From positions 34,019 to 98,018 of IMG/VR virus record IMGVR_UViG_3300005739_000002: a stretch of 64,000 bases of DNA. One strand, written 5' to 3'. Origin of the DNA: a virus. Of this stretch, positions 1-10,848 are shown piece by piece. The stretch's first letter is position 1; each line of letters starts with the position of its first letter. The translations under genes and the position numbers were made by a program. The notes below the pieces were generated by a model that saw nothing but the letters and a program-made list of their open reading frames with translations, did no database searches and had not been told where the DNA came from.

Positions 1-34
1 AGCGTTCGCAACGATTTAAACCTAAAGGATAGTA

Positions 35-2350
35 ATGGCAAAGGAAGACCTAAACCTTGGCGGCTCTACAGCCGCGTCATTTATTTCCTCTTTAAGAACT
101 GGCATCTCCTCTATACGTCAGGAGATGAATCTTCTTAAACAAGATACCTCTGGTTGGTCCAGCGCTCTTGGTGGAGCTATGTCCAGACTTGGTGGACGTG
201 GTGGTGGATATGGAAGCCCTGGTAACAATGTAATTGCTCCAGTTCCTGTATTTAAAATTACATCGCTTGGTGAAGCTGAACAAGTCGATATGTATCGGCA
301 AGGCGGCTATAACCGAGTATTTTCTTCTCCTGGTATAGAGCCATACAGACCGTTGCCTACTGGATATATGGGCGATGGAGGCGCTGCTGGCGGCGGCGGC
401 GGCGGTGGCGGTGGCGGTGGAGGTTTTGGCGCCCTAGGAAGACGCGCTATTACAGGCGGAGTTGTTGGAGGTATTGCCTCTTTACCTAATGCAAGAGAAG
501 CTGTTGAATATGAACTAGCTACAAAGAGAATGATTTTTTACCAGCAACAAGCAAGTTTTCAAGCTGGTAATGCTGGACCTTTTGGAAAGACTAATCCATT
601 TGGTATTTATGGACTAGGTACTAGCGGCGGTCAAGTTAGACCAGGTGGCGAATACGCTACGGCTACCACTCTACTACAAGAACTAGCAAAGGCTGGTACT
701 ACAACAGGTAAGTTTGACACAGTAGCTGCAATGGAAGCGGCTCGTCAACTTGGTATTGGTGGCCCTAACTTTGCACAAGTAGCGTTTGGTGCGGCGCAGA
801 TGTCTAACATAACTCCAGGTATTGGAGTTGAAGGTTCTATGCGTGCTTTTGGAGCAGTACAACAGGCTCGTAACGTTAACATGCTACGCGGTATTGGCAT
901 TCGTATACGCGGTGAAGATGGCTCTATGAAACCTATGCCGCAGATTATTGACGAGATTTGGGCCAAATTAAATAGAGAAAAGATGGGTAATGAACCCATT
1001 ACTGCACAAGACGTACAAATATCTTTGCAACCAGGTAACGCCTTAGCCTCAATGTTAGACCAATACTTTGGCAATGACCCCCTACTACGCAAGCAGGTAG
1101 AAGACGGACTTATGCTTAAAGCACGAAGCGGTGGAGCACGCTTTGCAGGTAGGGATATGAAAAAGCTTGCAGAACAATATGGCGCTACAACGCCTGCGGT
1201 TAGTTCGCTAAGCCAACGTATTACTGAATCTACTAAAACCCTACAGCAAGCAGCACCTGCTATGGCTGACGCGTTTACCGCAGCTAACAGAATTGTCAGT
1301 CAGATAACTGGCGTTATGAATCTTATTGATAGATTTACAGGAATGTTTACTGGATTGTCTGCTATAAAAGCTGGAACATCCACTCTAATGAGTGGTGGTC
1401 CTGGAAATATTATTGGCGGAATAATGAACTTTGCTGCCAACATCCCTTTTCTTGGCGCCCTATTACCTGGCAAAGCTGACGGTGGTCCTGTTGGCGGAAA
1501 GATGCCATACATTGTAGGTGAGCAAGGACCTGAGCTATTTGTACCTAAACAAGATGGCGTAATTATTCCTAATCATGAGATAAATAAAAACAACCCATTC
1601 CGCCATGAAGGCGGAGAGGTGCATAACAGAACTCATAATGCTCCTGACACTCGACCAAGTGGAGCAGGTAAAATTTTTAAATCAGAAGAAGAAATGAGAA
1701 AAATTTTACAACAAGCTGGGTTTGAAGGAGAAGGTTTAGCTAACGCAATGAAAATTGCTAAAGCTGAATCTAACTATAGACCTTGGGCATGGAACCCACA
1801 CGGTGGCGATTTATCGTATGGTTTATTCCAAATTAACATGCTTGGTGATTTAATGGATGAACGTTTAGGCAAAACATGGAAAGCTAAAGATGGTAGTACA
1901 TTTAAATTAAATAGACCTGAAGATTTATATGACCCGCTAACTAACGCTAAGGTCGCATACCACATGTCTCAAAAAGGATACAACTGGAGTCAATGGTCTA
2001 CAAAAGGTGTGTTAGGGGGAGGCAGCGCAGGCGGCTCCGCTAATGCTGGTGAAGGTGGTTCTGGAGTAACAGAATCTAAAGGTTTTGAACCTGGTGAAAA
2101 ATTTAGTATGTCTAAGTTTTTTTCTGGCGCTGAAAACAGCAATAAAAATCTTTTAAGTGAGTTTTTTAAAGGCTTTACTTCTTTTGCTACCCCATCCCAA
2201 AAAACTCAAGCTCAAACAAATGCTACCACCTACAACTACGGCGGGGTAACTGTGAACTTAACTGGTGGGACAAACCCAGAAGCAAATGCAGCAGCTCTTA
2301 AAGCAGCATTAGCTAACACCGAAACACTATCAAAGGCGGCGAATAACTAA
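35..2350 (+). CDS. tape measure protein with C-terminal lytic transglycosylase (SLT-like) domain
   Basis: Gly/Ala-rich helical 771 aa; GGPV..PYIVGEQGPELFVP tape-measure motif; AESNY..SYGLFQINM..DPLTNAKVA..WSQW SLT motifs; directly upstream of baseplate genes. Confidence 0.85.
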   Translation: MAKEDLNLGGSTAASFISSLRTGISSIRQEMNLLKQDTSGWSSALGGAMSRLGGRGGGYGSPGNNVIAPVPVFKITSLGEAEQVDMYRQGGYNRVFSSPGIEPYRPLPTGYMGDGGAAGGGGGGGGGGGGFGALGRRAITGGVVGGIASLPNAREAVEYELATKRMIFYQQQASFQAGNAGPFGKTNPFGIYGLGTSGGQVRPGGEYATATTLLQELAKAGTTTGKFDTVAAMEAARQLGIGGPNFAQVAFGAAQMSNITPGIGVEGSMRAFGAVQQARNVNMLRGIGIRIRGEDGSMKPMPQIIDEIWAKLNREKMGNEPITAQDVQISLQPGNALASMLDQYFGNDPLLRKQVEDGLMLKARSGGARFAGRDMKKLAEQYGATTPAVSSLSQRITESTKTLQQAAPAMADAFTAANRIVSQITGVMNLIDRFTGMFTGLSAIKAGTSTLMSGGPGNIIGGIMNFAANIPFLGALLPGKADGGPVGGKMPYIVGEQGPELFVPKQDGVIIPNHEINKNNPFRHEGGEVHNRTHNAPDTRPSGAGKIFKSEEEMRKILQQAGFEGEGLANAMKIAKAESNYRPWAWNPHGGDLSYGLFQINMLGDLMDERLGKTWKAKDGSTFKLNRPEDLYDPLTNAKVAYHMSQKGYNWSQWSTKGVLGGGSAGGSANAGEGGSGVTESKGFEPGEKFSMSKFFSGAENSNKNLLSEFFKGFTSFATPSQKTQAQTNATTYNYGGVTVNLTGGTNPEANAAALKAALANTETLSKAANN

Positions 2351-3681
2351 TGCCATATTTCATACCTCCACAAGCGTTACAAAATAAAAACGCTAAAGTA
2401 AAAAAAGAAACTTTAACTGATGCTCAAAAAATAAAAAGAATTAATAACCTAAATAATGCTAGCGTTGCCGCAACCACTGCTGGCAGTATAACCTCGGCCG
2501 CTGCTCCCACAGTTGCTGCTGGCGTAGCCGCTTCAACAGTTGCTGGTTCTGGTATTAATCGACTTGCTATAGGAGTAGCTGCCTCACGAGCTGGTTCCGT
2601 ACTAAGAGTTGGAGGATTTCCAGGTCTTGTTGCTGGAACTGGACTTACTATATTAGGAAAAGTATTAGAAAAAAAAGCTGTAAATGAGTACAATAAAATA
2701 GTAAATACTGTTACAGCAGATGCTAAGGAAAATGTTTCTTTCCCTCCATTAAACTATGAGTATAACCTTCCACCACATTCTTGGAGTTTGCCTATACGTC
2801 CTCATACTATGGATGGCCTTCGTCCATCGCACAACTTTGCACAAAATAATCACCCTGGAGACTTTCATAGACTTCGCCGCGGTGTCATATGGCACTGGGA
2901 TAACGGAAATTATATATCAAGAGTTGATGATTCTAGCGAAAAAGGTTTTAGAACAGCTGCTGAAGTTCAAGCAGATATTGCAAGTAAAAACCCACTTGCA
3001 ATAGCAGCAGCTAAAAAATCTCAAACTAATCCTAATAATTTTAAATATGGTTTTCAATTTTTGTGGAATCCAGAAACTATTTCTTCTGCTATCTCTAGAA
3101 ATATGGACGTCACGCCATCTTCAGCGGATAGGTTTCGTTCAGTTGCTGGCGCTTTTCCTGGACAAGAAACATATCAATTTCAAATTATGCTAGACCGCGT
3201 AAATGACTTTGCTTGTATACGTTCTGCTCTAGGAGACAGCTACCAGGGAACAGCTAAAAGAAATGTAACTAATTATAATAATCCTAATACTAGACATATC
3301 TATGGAGATATACCTCAAGAGTATTTGCAATATTATAAAAACGGTTTAGGCAGCCTAACCACTCAAAAGATTGCTGATTTAGCAAAGTTTGGAACAATGG
3401 CTGACCTTGAGTACCTATTCAAAGCGCTAAATGGGGACGGCGCTAGCCAAGATAGTGGTTCATGGGCTACTCTTTTAAGAAAGAAAACTGCCAACATTGG
3501 ATTCTTATCACCCAGCCTTTTGGCTTTTAGATTTGGACCTAATGCTACACAACAACTTTCTTTTGTTGGTTGGATAACTAATCTATCTATAAATCATACC
3601 TTTTTTACAGAAGACATGATTCCACTACGAACAACGGTGTCGTTCAGTTGTGATGCATTTGCAGGTTCTACGGTTATTTAG
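2350..3681 (+). CDS. tail/baseplate protein (tube-initiator-like)
   Basis: FQFLWNPETIS and C-terminal GWITNLSINHTFFTEDMIPLRTTVS resemble contractile-tail tube initiators; lies between TMP and LysM gene. Confidence 0.5.
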   Translation: MPYFIPPQALQNKNAKVKKETLTDAQKIKRINNLNNASVAATTAGSITSAAAPTVAAGVAASTVAGSGINRLAIGVAASRAGSVLRVGGFPGLVAGTGLTILGKVLEKKAVNEYNKIVNTVTADAKENVSFPPLNYEYNLPPHSWSLPIRPHTMDGLRPSHNFAQNNHPGDFHRLRRGVIWHWDNGNYISRVDDSSEKGFRTAAEVQADIASKNPLAIAAAKKSQTNPNNFKYGFQFLWNPETISSAISRNMDVTPSSADRFRSVAGAFPGQETYQFQIMLDRVNDFACIRSALGDSYQGTAKRNVTNYNNPNTRHIYGDIPQEYLQYYKNGLGSLTTQKIADLAKFGTMADLEYLFKALNGDGASQDSGSWATLLRKKTANIGFLSPSLLAFRFGPNATQQLSFVGWITNLSINHTFFTEDMIPLRTTVSFSCDAFAGSTVI

Positions 3682-3690
3682 GAGAGCACT

Positions 3691-3972
3691 ATGACTATAT
3701 ATGTAGGTTCTAGGTACGAGTTTTCTCTTGTAGACTTCTTTTCTACCACTGTTGGTGGCGGTGAAAACCCTGTAGTATTTTATGATTTTCCTGATATAGG
3801 AACTCTTTCATACTATGACCATACAATAGTAGAGGGTGAGAGGCTAGACCATCTTGCTAATAAATATTACAGAAGGTCTTCTATGTGGTGGATTATATTG
3901 GACCACAATCCAGAGCTTAAAGACATCTTTAATATACCAGCTGGAACTATAATAAGGATACCTCGTGTTTAA
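3691..3972 (+). CDS. LysM-like / tail X baseplate protein
   Basis: HTIVEGERLDHLANKYY..WWIILDHNP..IPAGTIIRIP pattern; SD GGAG. Confidence 0.75.
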   Translation: MTIYVGSRYEFSLVDFFSTTVGGGENPVVFYDFPDIGTLSYYDHTIVEGERLDHLANKYYRRSSMWWIILDHNPELKDIFNIPAGTIIRIPRV

Positions 3973-5305
3973 ATTTGCTAGCGTTAGGTTTCCTGAATCT
4001 CCAGAAGCGCCAACATATGTATATAAAGCTGTTCTTATGCAGAACCTATATCAACATGAACTACTGCTTTTGACTTTTAAAGACTGGAATCCAGAGTATG
4101 AGACAGTGCGTCCTGGCACACCTGTTGAGGTACAGTTAACAGCAAACACTACACCTAGAGATTTTTTTGGATATGTCCATCACATAACTCCTGTTGCTAG
4201 TCCAGGAAAAATGTTTACAGAAGTAGTGTGTATAGGCGGCTCGTTTCCTATGAAACAAGCTAGTCAAAAAGTTTATAGAGACCACACAGCTGACCAGGTT
4301 GTTAAAGAAATGTGTATAAAGCATCGTTTAAAATTTGAAGGAGTACCGCATCCAAGAGTATTTGATATGATTTCTCAAGCTGGATATACAGACTGGCAAT
4401 TAGCTGTCAGATTAGCTAAGCAAATTGGGTATACGCTTAGAGCAGAAAATACAGAAGTATATTTTGAACCTATATTAAACGACTATTCTTTGTATAGGGA
4501 ACAAGCTAAAAGATTTACATTAAGGGATGCGGGTTCTCCAGATGGTTCTACCCTATACTCTTTTAAACCTATTATTGGTGATTCTATAGAATATGACGGA
4601 GATATGAAAGCCGCCGTTTCTGTATCTGGTGTTGATAGATTTGCTAAAGCACCTATTGCACAGACTAAACAAAAAAGAAATAAAACTACAAAAAAGAGAA
4701 AACAAGATGAGTTCTTTGACCGTTTTAACGGTTTAGTTGTAGCGCCTTCATCGGCAATTGCATCATTTGAAGCCGATGCTGCAGAAGCAAGAAACTCCTT
4801 TCCCTATAGAGGCACTGCCACGGTCCTTGGTGACACCACTATACGACCCAATATGCCAGTGTACTTAAGTGGTATTGGCGGCACCTACTCTGGATATTGG
4901 ACGGTTCTTTCGGCAGAGCATGTGATAACAGAGGCTGAAAGAAACACCGCGTCTTATGTAACTAACCTTGTACTAGGAACTGATTCTTTAGGAGGAGCTT
5001 CTACATGGGTAGATGGGCGAACTATTGGAGCCCCTTCTGCTATTCCAAAGAGAGTGGTTAAGCCTGGTAAAAATAACACGGCTAAGCGTAGAGAACGACC
5101 TAAGTTAAAAAGAGCATCAAAAAGGACTAATAATAAGAAGACAGCAAGCTTTGGTTCTATTGGTAATAGAAAAAAAGATACTGCTAAAGCAAAGCAACCT
5201 TCTACTTGGGCATCTGCTAAAAAAACCGCAAAGGTGACATTTACAGATAAAAGGATAAAATCTCCTGCTGTAGCCAACAGAGTTAGGAATAGGGCGCTGC
5301 GATGA
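3965..5305 (+). CDS. baseplate hub (gp27/late control D-like) with basic C-terminal tail
   Basis: SQAGYTDWQLAVRLAKQIGY and GDTTIRPNMPVYLSGIG..SGYW motifs; synteny. Confidence 0.7.
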   Translation: MFKFASVRFPESPEAPTYVYKAVLMQNLYQHELLLLTFKDWNPEYETVRPGTPVEVQLTANTTPRDFFGYVHHITPVASPGKMFTEVVCIGGSFPMKQASQKVYRDHTADQVVKEMCIKHRLKFEGVPHPRVFDMISQAGYTDWQLAVRLAKQIGYTLRAENTEVYFEPILNDYSLYREQAKRFTLRDAGSPDGSTLYSFKPIIGDSIEYDGDMKAAVSVSGVDRFAKAPIAQTKQKRNKTTKKRKQDEFFDRFNGLVVAPSSAIASFEADAAEARNSFPYRGTATVLGDTTIRPNMPVYLSGIGGTYSGYWTVLSAEHVITEAERNTASYVTNLVLGTDSLGGASTWVDGRTIGAPSAIPKRVVKPGKNNTAKRRERPKLKRASKRTNNKKTASFGSIGNRKKDTAKAKQPSTWASAKKTAKVTFTDKRIKSPAVANRVRNRALR

Positions 5306-5856
5306 TAGATGATAAAAGGTTTTATGGTATCTATTTGGGCATTTGTATAGACGTAGAAGACCCTGAAAAAGATAACCGTATACGTTTACAGATACCGCAA
5401 GCTTTAGGTCAGTCAGAAACTGGATGGGCTAGAGCCTGCCTGCCTGTCACATCTAATAGTAATCACCCTGACCATAAAAAGCATTTGGCATCAGAGGTCG
5501 CAGCCCTGCTACAAGCCCACGCTACCCACGCTACCCATAGCGAAACTATCACCTCTAGTCCAGCAACCGTTAGCACCTTTGGCTCCCACACTCACACCGT
5601 AACCATCAGTCTTGCACACGATGCTCACACTAATAACCATACGGGCAAGACGCCAGACTCTACATGGAACTTAGACCATGAACATGAAGAGGATGAAAAC
5701 GCAGATAACAAGTGGAATGATGACCAAGAACAGTCGCTTGTCAATACAATGGAGCACACACCGCATAGACTAGTACCTAAACTAGGTCAAAAAGTCTGGG
5801 TAATGTTTGAGGGCGGAGACCCCAACTTCCCAGTGTGGATGGGAGTTGAACTATGA
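5302..5856 (+). CDS. baseplate spike OB-fold protein (gp5/VgrG/gpV-like) with His-rich insertion
   Basis: YGIYLGICIDVEDPEKDNRIRLQIP..GWA and VPKLGQKVWVMFEGGDPNFPVWMG. Confidence 0.8.
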   Translation: MIDDKRFYGIYLGICIDVEDPEKDNRIRLQIPQALGQSETGWARACLPVTSNSNHPDHKKHLASEVAALLQAHATHATHSETITSSPATVSTFGSHTHTVTISLAHDAHTNNHTGKTPDSTWNLDHEHEEDENADNKWNDDQEQSLVNTMEHTPHRLVPKLGQKVWVMFEGGDPNFPVWMGVEL

Positions 5857-6257
5857 CAGACCGCGCTATCGCTCTTCCATTCTCATTTAATTCATCAGGA
5901 GAAGTTAGCTACAGCAATGATGAAAAGAAGATTATCCAAGACCGCATTGTATTAGCAGTTATGACCCGACCAGGGGAACGTGTTATGCGCCCAAGCTTTG
6001 GAAGTGCTATATACAATACTTTATTTGAAGACGAGGCTGCGGCTCTAGATATTGCTAATCAAGCTGTATCAGCATGTTTTGTAGAAAATTTTCCATACTT
6101 AACTTTAATAGATGTGCAACCAGATTTAAGTACAGAAGATGGTACTTTAGAACTTCTTATTAGATATAAAAAAGGTGAACAATCTGCTACAGAGTCTTTA
6201 ACAGTGAAGACTAAAGTATTCTCCAGAGCTGGAGAGGTAATTCAGGAGGTTATCTAA
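5853..6257 (+). CDS. baseplate wedge protein gp25/gpW
   Basis: TRPGERVMRPSFGS motif. Confidence 0.9.
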   Translation: MTDRAIALPFSFNSSGEVSYSNDEKKIIQDRIVLAVMTRPGERVMRPSFGSAIYNTLFEDEAAALDIANQAVSACFVENFPYLTLIDVQPDLSTEDGTLELLIRYKKGEQSATESLTVKTKVFSRAGEVIQEVI

Positions 6258-8023
6258 TGGCTAACGAAAACTATGTTCCGCAGGTGGATTACACCTCACG
6301 AGATTACCTGACCCTTCGTGAGGAGATGGCAGCTCTTATACCCTACTTTGCCCCTAACTGGACCAACCGCGACCCCGCGGACTTTGGTATGACCTTGATT
6401 GAACTGTTTGCCTATATGGGTGACCAGCTTAATTATTATATTGACCGTTCACTAAACGAGGCATTCATAACCACTGCTAGTCAGCGTGATAACGTATTAA
6501 AAATCTCTAGATTGTTAGGGTATACCCCAACTGAATCCACAGCATCAAAGGTATTGTTAACTTTTCAAAATTCAACAGCTAACCCTATTACTGTACCTGC
6601 CAAAACTAAGGTAGCAACTACGGTTGTAAACAGCGGGGCTACTACTCAAATATTCTTTGAAACTAACACTGCTGTAACTGTACCTGCAAAAGTGGGGGCT
6701 ACTAACGGTTCAATTACAGTAAACGCTACGCAAGGTGAGTCTAAAGGATTTGGATTTGACCCAGATGACGGAGTCATTGGAGTATCTGATGGTACATCTA
6801 ATCAGTTTTTTGAAATTCCAGATTCTCCTGTAATTGGTGGCAGCGTAGAAATTGATGTATCTGGTGTTAAGTATACCTACGTTCCATTTTTAATTGACTA
6901 CCAGTCCTATGACCCAGTGTTCACTACCTACACTGACTCTGACGGAAACACATATGTTCAATTTGGAGATGGTATTAGCGGACGTATCCCAGCAAACCAA
7001 GCAGAGATAAAAGCAACATATCGAATTGGTGGAGGCAAAATCGGTAACGTAGCTGTTAATACAATTAAATTTATTATAACTAATGCTGTAGCTGGATTGA
7101 CAGTCAATAATCAAGACGTCGGGCAAACCTCTGGCGCCGCTGCTGGAGGAGCTGACCCAGAAACTACGGATTCAATTAGAGTAAACGCTCCTAAAAGTAT
7201 TAGGGCTTTATCAAGAGCGGTATCTTTATCTGATTATTCAAATCTAGCTATTCAAGTACCTGGTGTTGCAAAAGCAATTTCAATCGCTGATGTTTATAGC
7301 AGCATTACTATTTTTATTGCTCCATACGGAGACTCGGGGCTGCAATCAGATAACATAACAACCTCAGACGTATTTAATAATCTAGCGGTTAATATTGCAG
7401 CCTTCTTTCAGGACAAGACCCCTCCTGGAACTTCAATCACTCTTCAACCTCCAGCGTACGTGGATACTAGAGTTAAAATAGATTGCACTATACTTCCTCA
7501 ATTTAGAAACTCGCAAGTCACTGCTTCTATTATAGAAGCTATAACTGAACTATTTGATTTTGATAACGTATCTTTTAACGACAGAATTACAGCTTCAGAT
7601 GTATTAGCTGCTGTAAGAGATGTTGAAGGTGTTGCAAGAGCAAGTTTAATAAAACTAATAAGAAAAGATTTAGATAAAGTCTGGTCTATTAATAATAAAG
7701 CTATAACTAGTAACGTTGCTACTTTGACAACCACTGCTACTCACAACCTTAAAGTTGGAGAAACTGTTTTAATTAGTGGAATGCTAGCTCCTTTTGATGG
7801 CACCTATGTTATAACAGGTGTTACCTCAAATACGTTTAGCTTCTCTTTGATTAACGACAACGTTAACTCTGCTCCAGTTAGTCCAAACGGAAAAGTTGCC
7901 CTGATTGATGTGCAGGATATTATTTGTAGTGTAAATGAATTACCGCAGTTAGAAACAACAAAAGTATCTGGTGTAACCTCTATTATAGGTATTGACCTTA
8001 CTACTAGTGGGGGTATTAGTTAA
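6257..8023 (+). CDS. baseplate J-like wedge protein
   Basis: DYTSRDY..WT..DFG..LIELFAY, FGDGISGRIP, GGADPET, RAVSLSDY motifs. Confidence 0.9.
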   Translation: MANENYVPQVDYTSRDYLTLREEMAALIPYFAPNWTNRDPADFGMTLIELFAYMGDQLNYYIDRSLNEAFITTASQRDNVLKISRLLGYTPTESTASKVLLTFQNSTANPITVPAKTKVATTVVNSGATTQIFFETNTAVTVPAKVGATNGSITVNATQGESKGFGFDPDDGVIGVSDGTSNQFFEIPDSPVIGGSVEIDVSGVKYTYVPFLIDYQSYDPVFTTYTDSDGNTYVQFGDGISGRIPANQAEIKATYRIGGGKIGNVAVNTIKFIITNAVAGLTVNNQDVGQTSGAAAGGADPETTDSIRVNAPKSIRALSRAVSLSDYSNLAIQVPGVAKAISIADVYSSITIFIAPYGDSGLQSDNITTSDVFNNLAVNIAAFFQDKTPPGTSITLQPPAYVDTRVKIDCTILPQFRNSQVTASIIEAITELFDFDNVSFNDRITASDVLAAVRDVEGVARASLIKLIRKDLDKVWSINNKAITSNVATLTTTATHNLKVGETVLISGMLAPFDGTYVITGVTSNTFSFSLINDNVNSAPVSPNGKVALIDVQDIICSVNELPQLETTKVSGVTSIIGIDLTTSGGIS

Positions 8024-10836
8024 TGGCACGCTATGGCCTGGATTATTACTCAGCGTCTAGTTTTCCTCTAAGTTACTACGGTAGTGATAACCCTCTTAAC
8101 TATGACGCTTCTCCTGTTTATGCACTAGCTTCTGGGTACAATCAAATAACTTTGTTTTGGACTAGCCCTGTAGGAGCTTGGGTAAAACTAAGAATTATAA
8201 GAAGTCCGTACGGTTTTCCTGTAAACATTACAGACGGAGACAATGTATTTGAAACAACACGTAGAGCAGACCCACAGTTCTACATAGATAAGACCTCTTT
8301 AACCAATGCCGACTCTAAATTTTTCTTTTATTCTATATTTGTATTTGATTCCATACAATTAACCTGGGTTTTAGCTGGGCGGTTATCAGGTATATCAGTA
8401 AAAAACTACGGTACTTCTACAAATATGTATAACTATCTACCTCAGATTTATAAATTAACCACCCCCTATGTTGCGTCTGAAGCAACAGACAACAACGACT
8501 TAGCCAACTTTTTAAGCTTGTTTGCATTTGAGTTAGACCAGACAAGGGCTCTAGCAGAGCTTATTACAGAACGTTATAACTTTGAAAAAATTACAGCAGC
8601 CACTATTCCTCTGTTATTAAACCAGTTTGGTCTTAGGTTTGAGCCAGAAATTGGTTACCAACAATCCCGTATTCTGGTACGAGACTCAATTCAGTTAACA
8701 AAAGAAAAAGGCTCTGAACAAGGTTTGCGAGAATACATAAAAGGATTTACAGGTTGGGCTTGCCCAGCACCTGTAGCTGGAACGCCTAATCCAACAATAG
8801 ATGGAATTCAAGTTAGTCACAACCTAATGCTCGACTACAATGACTCATCTTTTGAAGAGGGTATTGGACATTGGACAACCCCAGATAATACAGCTTCTAT
8901 CAAACAACTTGGTAAAAAAACTGTAACTAGCTATCAATCTAATAACAATAACTTACGATTAATTGTAGGAGCGCATGGGTATCTTGTTGGAGACCAAATA
9001 ACTATTAGCGGATTTAAAACTCCTAAATACAACACCAGTTCTCCTATCTCAATTACAGGTGTTGACTCAACATCTTACATAGAAGTTATTGTTAGTGGTC
9101 CAGATATAGCTCTTGTTTCCGCTTACAATTTAGAAACTGATTCTTACCCAGTTATTGCTCCAGTTCCAGCACCTTATTCTGAACCAACTGCACCTGCTTT
9201 ATATCCAAACAAGCAAAATGGGATTCTTTCTGTAGCTAATAGCACTGCTAGTCCGCAGGTTGTTACCGTTTCATGTGGCAGTTCATCTCCAAGAACCTTA
9301 GGTATACCTGTTAATTCTGGAGATACTTATACCTTTAGCATCTATAGCGCAGCTCGAACTTCAACAAGAAGCTTTACTGCAGGCATTAGTTGGTACGACC
9401 GTTTTGGTACCTTTATGTCAACAACTACAGGAAATCCAGTAAACAATACAACAGGAACCTTATCTACAAGAGCAGTTGTTACTGCAGCGGCGCCCGCTTC
9501 TATTACTCTTAATCCTTTCTTTGCTACTGCTGGCACTGGATATGTAGATGGTGTTTATACAAATGTGCCTTTAACTTATGTATCTGGAAAACAATTTAGC
9601 ATTGCTCCTATTGCAAATATAGCAATATCTGGAGGCGCTGTATCTTCTGTAAACATCACTAACGGTGGTAAAGGCTCCGATACTACAACGGTATTTTCTT
9701 TTAATAGAACATCTATTGGTAGCCCTACTGGTTCTGGGTTTCTTGCAACGGTCTTTCGTGTGCAAGAGTCTTATTATGCCGCTCCAACTATTTCTATATC
9801 TAGCGTAGCAAATGCCGCTAGTGGTGAGCGCCATTATTTTGATGGGGCTCAATTTGAAAAAGCTAATGCGGTAACAGACTTTGATGAGGCTAGACAAGTT
9901 CACATAACTATGAAAGCCAATCGTATTAATGAAATTAAAAATCCTACATTTAATAGCGCAAGTAGCTTTGCCCCTTGGGGATTTACAAATGGAACAGCTA
10001 CTGCCACAACTGCACAATCAGACCCTATATTAGATGAATTAGCTATTGAAGGCTATCAACAATTAGGCGCTACTGCATCTATAAGTTTAACAACCGTACA
10101 TTCTTATAAAGTAAATGACGTTGTATTAGTATCTGGATTGCCGTCCCCATACTCAGGAGTAAAAACTGTTACGGATGTAACAGACTTTACTGTCAGTTAC
10201 ACAGTAAGTCCTAACGCAACTGTTTCTTTTACAACAGCATCTGGAACTATAGCTAAAACAGGTAGCTCCTGTTTAGTTTCAAAAACTGCAACTGGAAATA
10301 CAGAAATTGTTGCTGCAGCTACCTCTGCTGGATATTTAGATATTCACTATCCATCTACCTACTACACGTTTAGTGTGTATGCCAGAAGAGTCACAGGAAC
10401 TGCTGCCCCGATAGTAAGGCCTGTTATATATTGGTATGACAGCACTAAGACTGCAATCTCAAGCACCCTAGTTCCAACTACCACCCTTAATAGCCAAACT
10501 TCATGGACACGTGTTAGCGCTTCAGCGATAGCTCCATCCAATGCCGCGTATGCAAACGTTTCTTTAATATGGACTAATGGCGAAGCGGCAGACGAAATAG
10601 CGGTAGATGATGCGCTATTTGAAAACAGCCCCTTTGTTTTAGATTACTTTGATGGTAGTCAAGGATTTGGTTCTACGGCTGAGCTGTTCTGGGAAGGTCA
10701 AGTTCCTAACAACTCTAGAAGCCACTACTATAAAAACCGTGTAGCTATCTCAGACCGACTAGCTAAGGGAGCCCTAAACGAGTGGTTAATGAGTGGCTCC
10801 AGTTACGCCCTGTACCTCGCACAGCCAAAAACGTAG
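8023..10836 (+). CDS. baseplate wedge/tail protein (gpI-like N-part, carbohydrate-binding-like C-part)
   Basis: YLPQIY..LANFLSLFAFELD..KEKGS..GFTGW; beta-rich Thr/Ser repeats; YFDG motifs. Confidence 0.7.
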   Translation: MARYGLDYYSASSFPLSYYGSDNPLNYDASPVYALASGYNQITLFWTSPVGAWVKLRIIRSPYGFPVNITDGDNVFETTRRADPQFYIDKTSLTNADSKFFFYSIFVFDSIQLTWVLAGRLSGISVKNYGTSTNMYNYLPQIYKLTTPYVASEATDNNDLANFLSLFAFELDQTRALAELITERYNFEKITAATIPLLLNQFGLRFEPEIGYQQSRILVRDSIQLTKEKGSEQGLREYIKGFTGWACPAPVAGTPNPTIDGIQVSHNLMLDYNDSSFEEGIGHWTTPDNTASIKQLGKKTVTSYQSNNNNLRLIVGAHGYLVGDQITISGFKTPKYNTSSPISITGVDSTSYIEVIVSGPDIALVSAYNLETDSYPVIAPVPAPYSEPTAPALYPNKQNGILSVANSTASPQVVTVSCGSSSPRTLGIPVNSGDTYTFSIYSAARTSTRSFTAGISWYDRFGTFMSTTTGNPVNNTTGTLSTRAVVTAAAPASITLNPFFATAGTGYVDGVYTNVPLTYVSGKQFSIAPIANIAISGGAVSSVNITNGGKGSDTTTVFSFNRTSIGSPTGSGFLATVFRVQESYYAAPTISISSVANAASGERHYFDGAQFEKANAVTDFDEARQVHITMKANRINEIKNPTFNSASSFAPWGFTNGTATATTAQSDPILDELAIEGYQQLGATASISLTTVHSYKVNDVVLVSGLPSPYSGVKTVTDVTDFTVSYTVSPNATVSFTTASGTIAKTGSSCLVSKTATGNTEIVAAATSAGYLDIHYPSTYYTFSVYARRVTGTAAPIVRPVIYWYDSTKTAISSTLVPTTTLNSQTSWTRVSASAIAPSNAAYANVSLIWTNGEAADEIAVDDALFENSPFVLDYFDGSQGFGSTAELFWEGQVPNNSRSHYYKNRVAISDRLAKGALNEWLMSGSSYALYLAQPKT

Positions 10837-10848
10837 TAGACTGCTCCC

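Noticed and set aside
389-424. GGC/GGT trinucleotide run
   Set aside because: Encodes a poly-Gly linker in the tape measure protein; ordinary.
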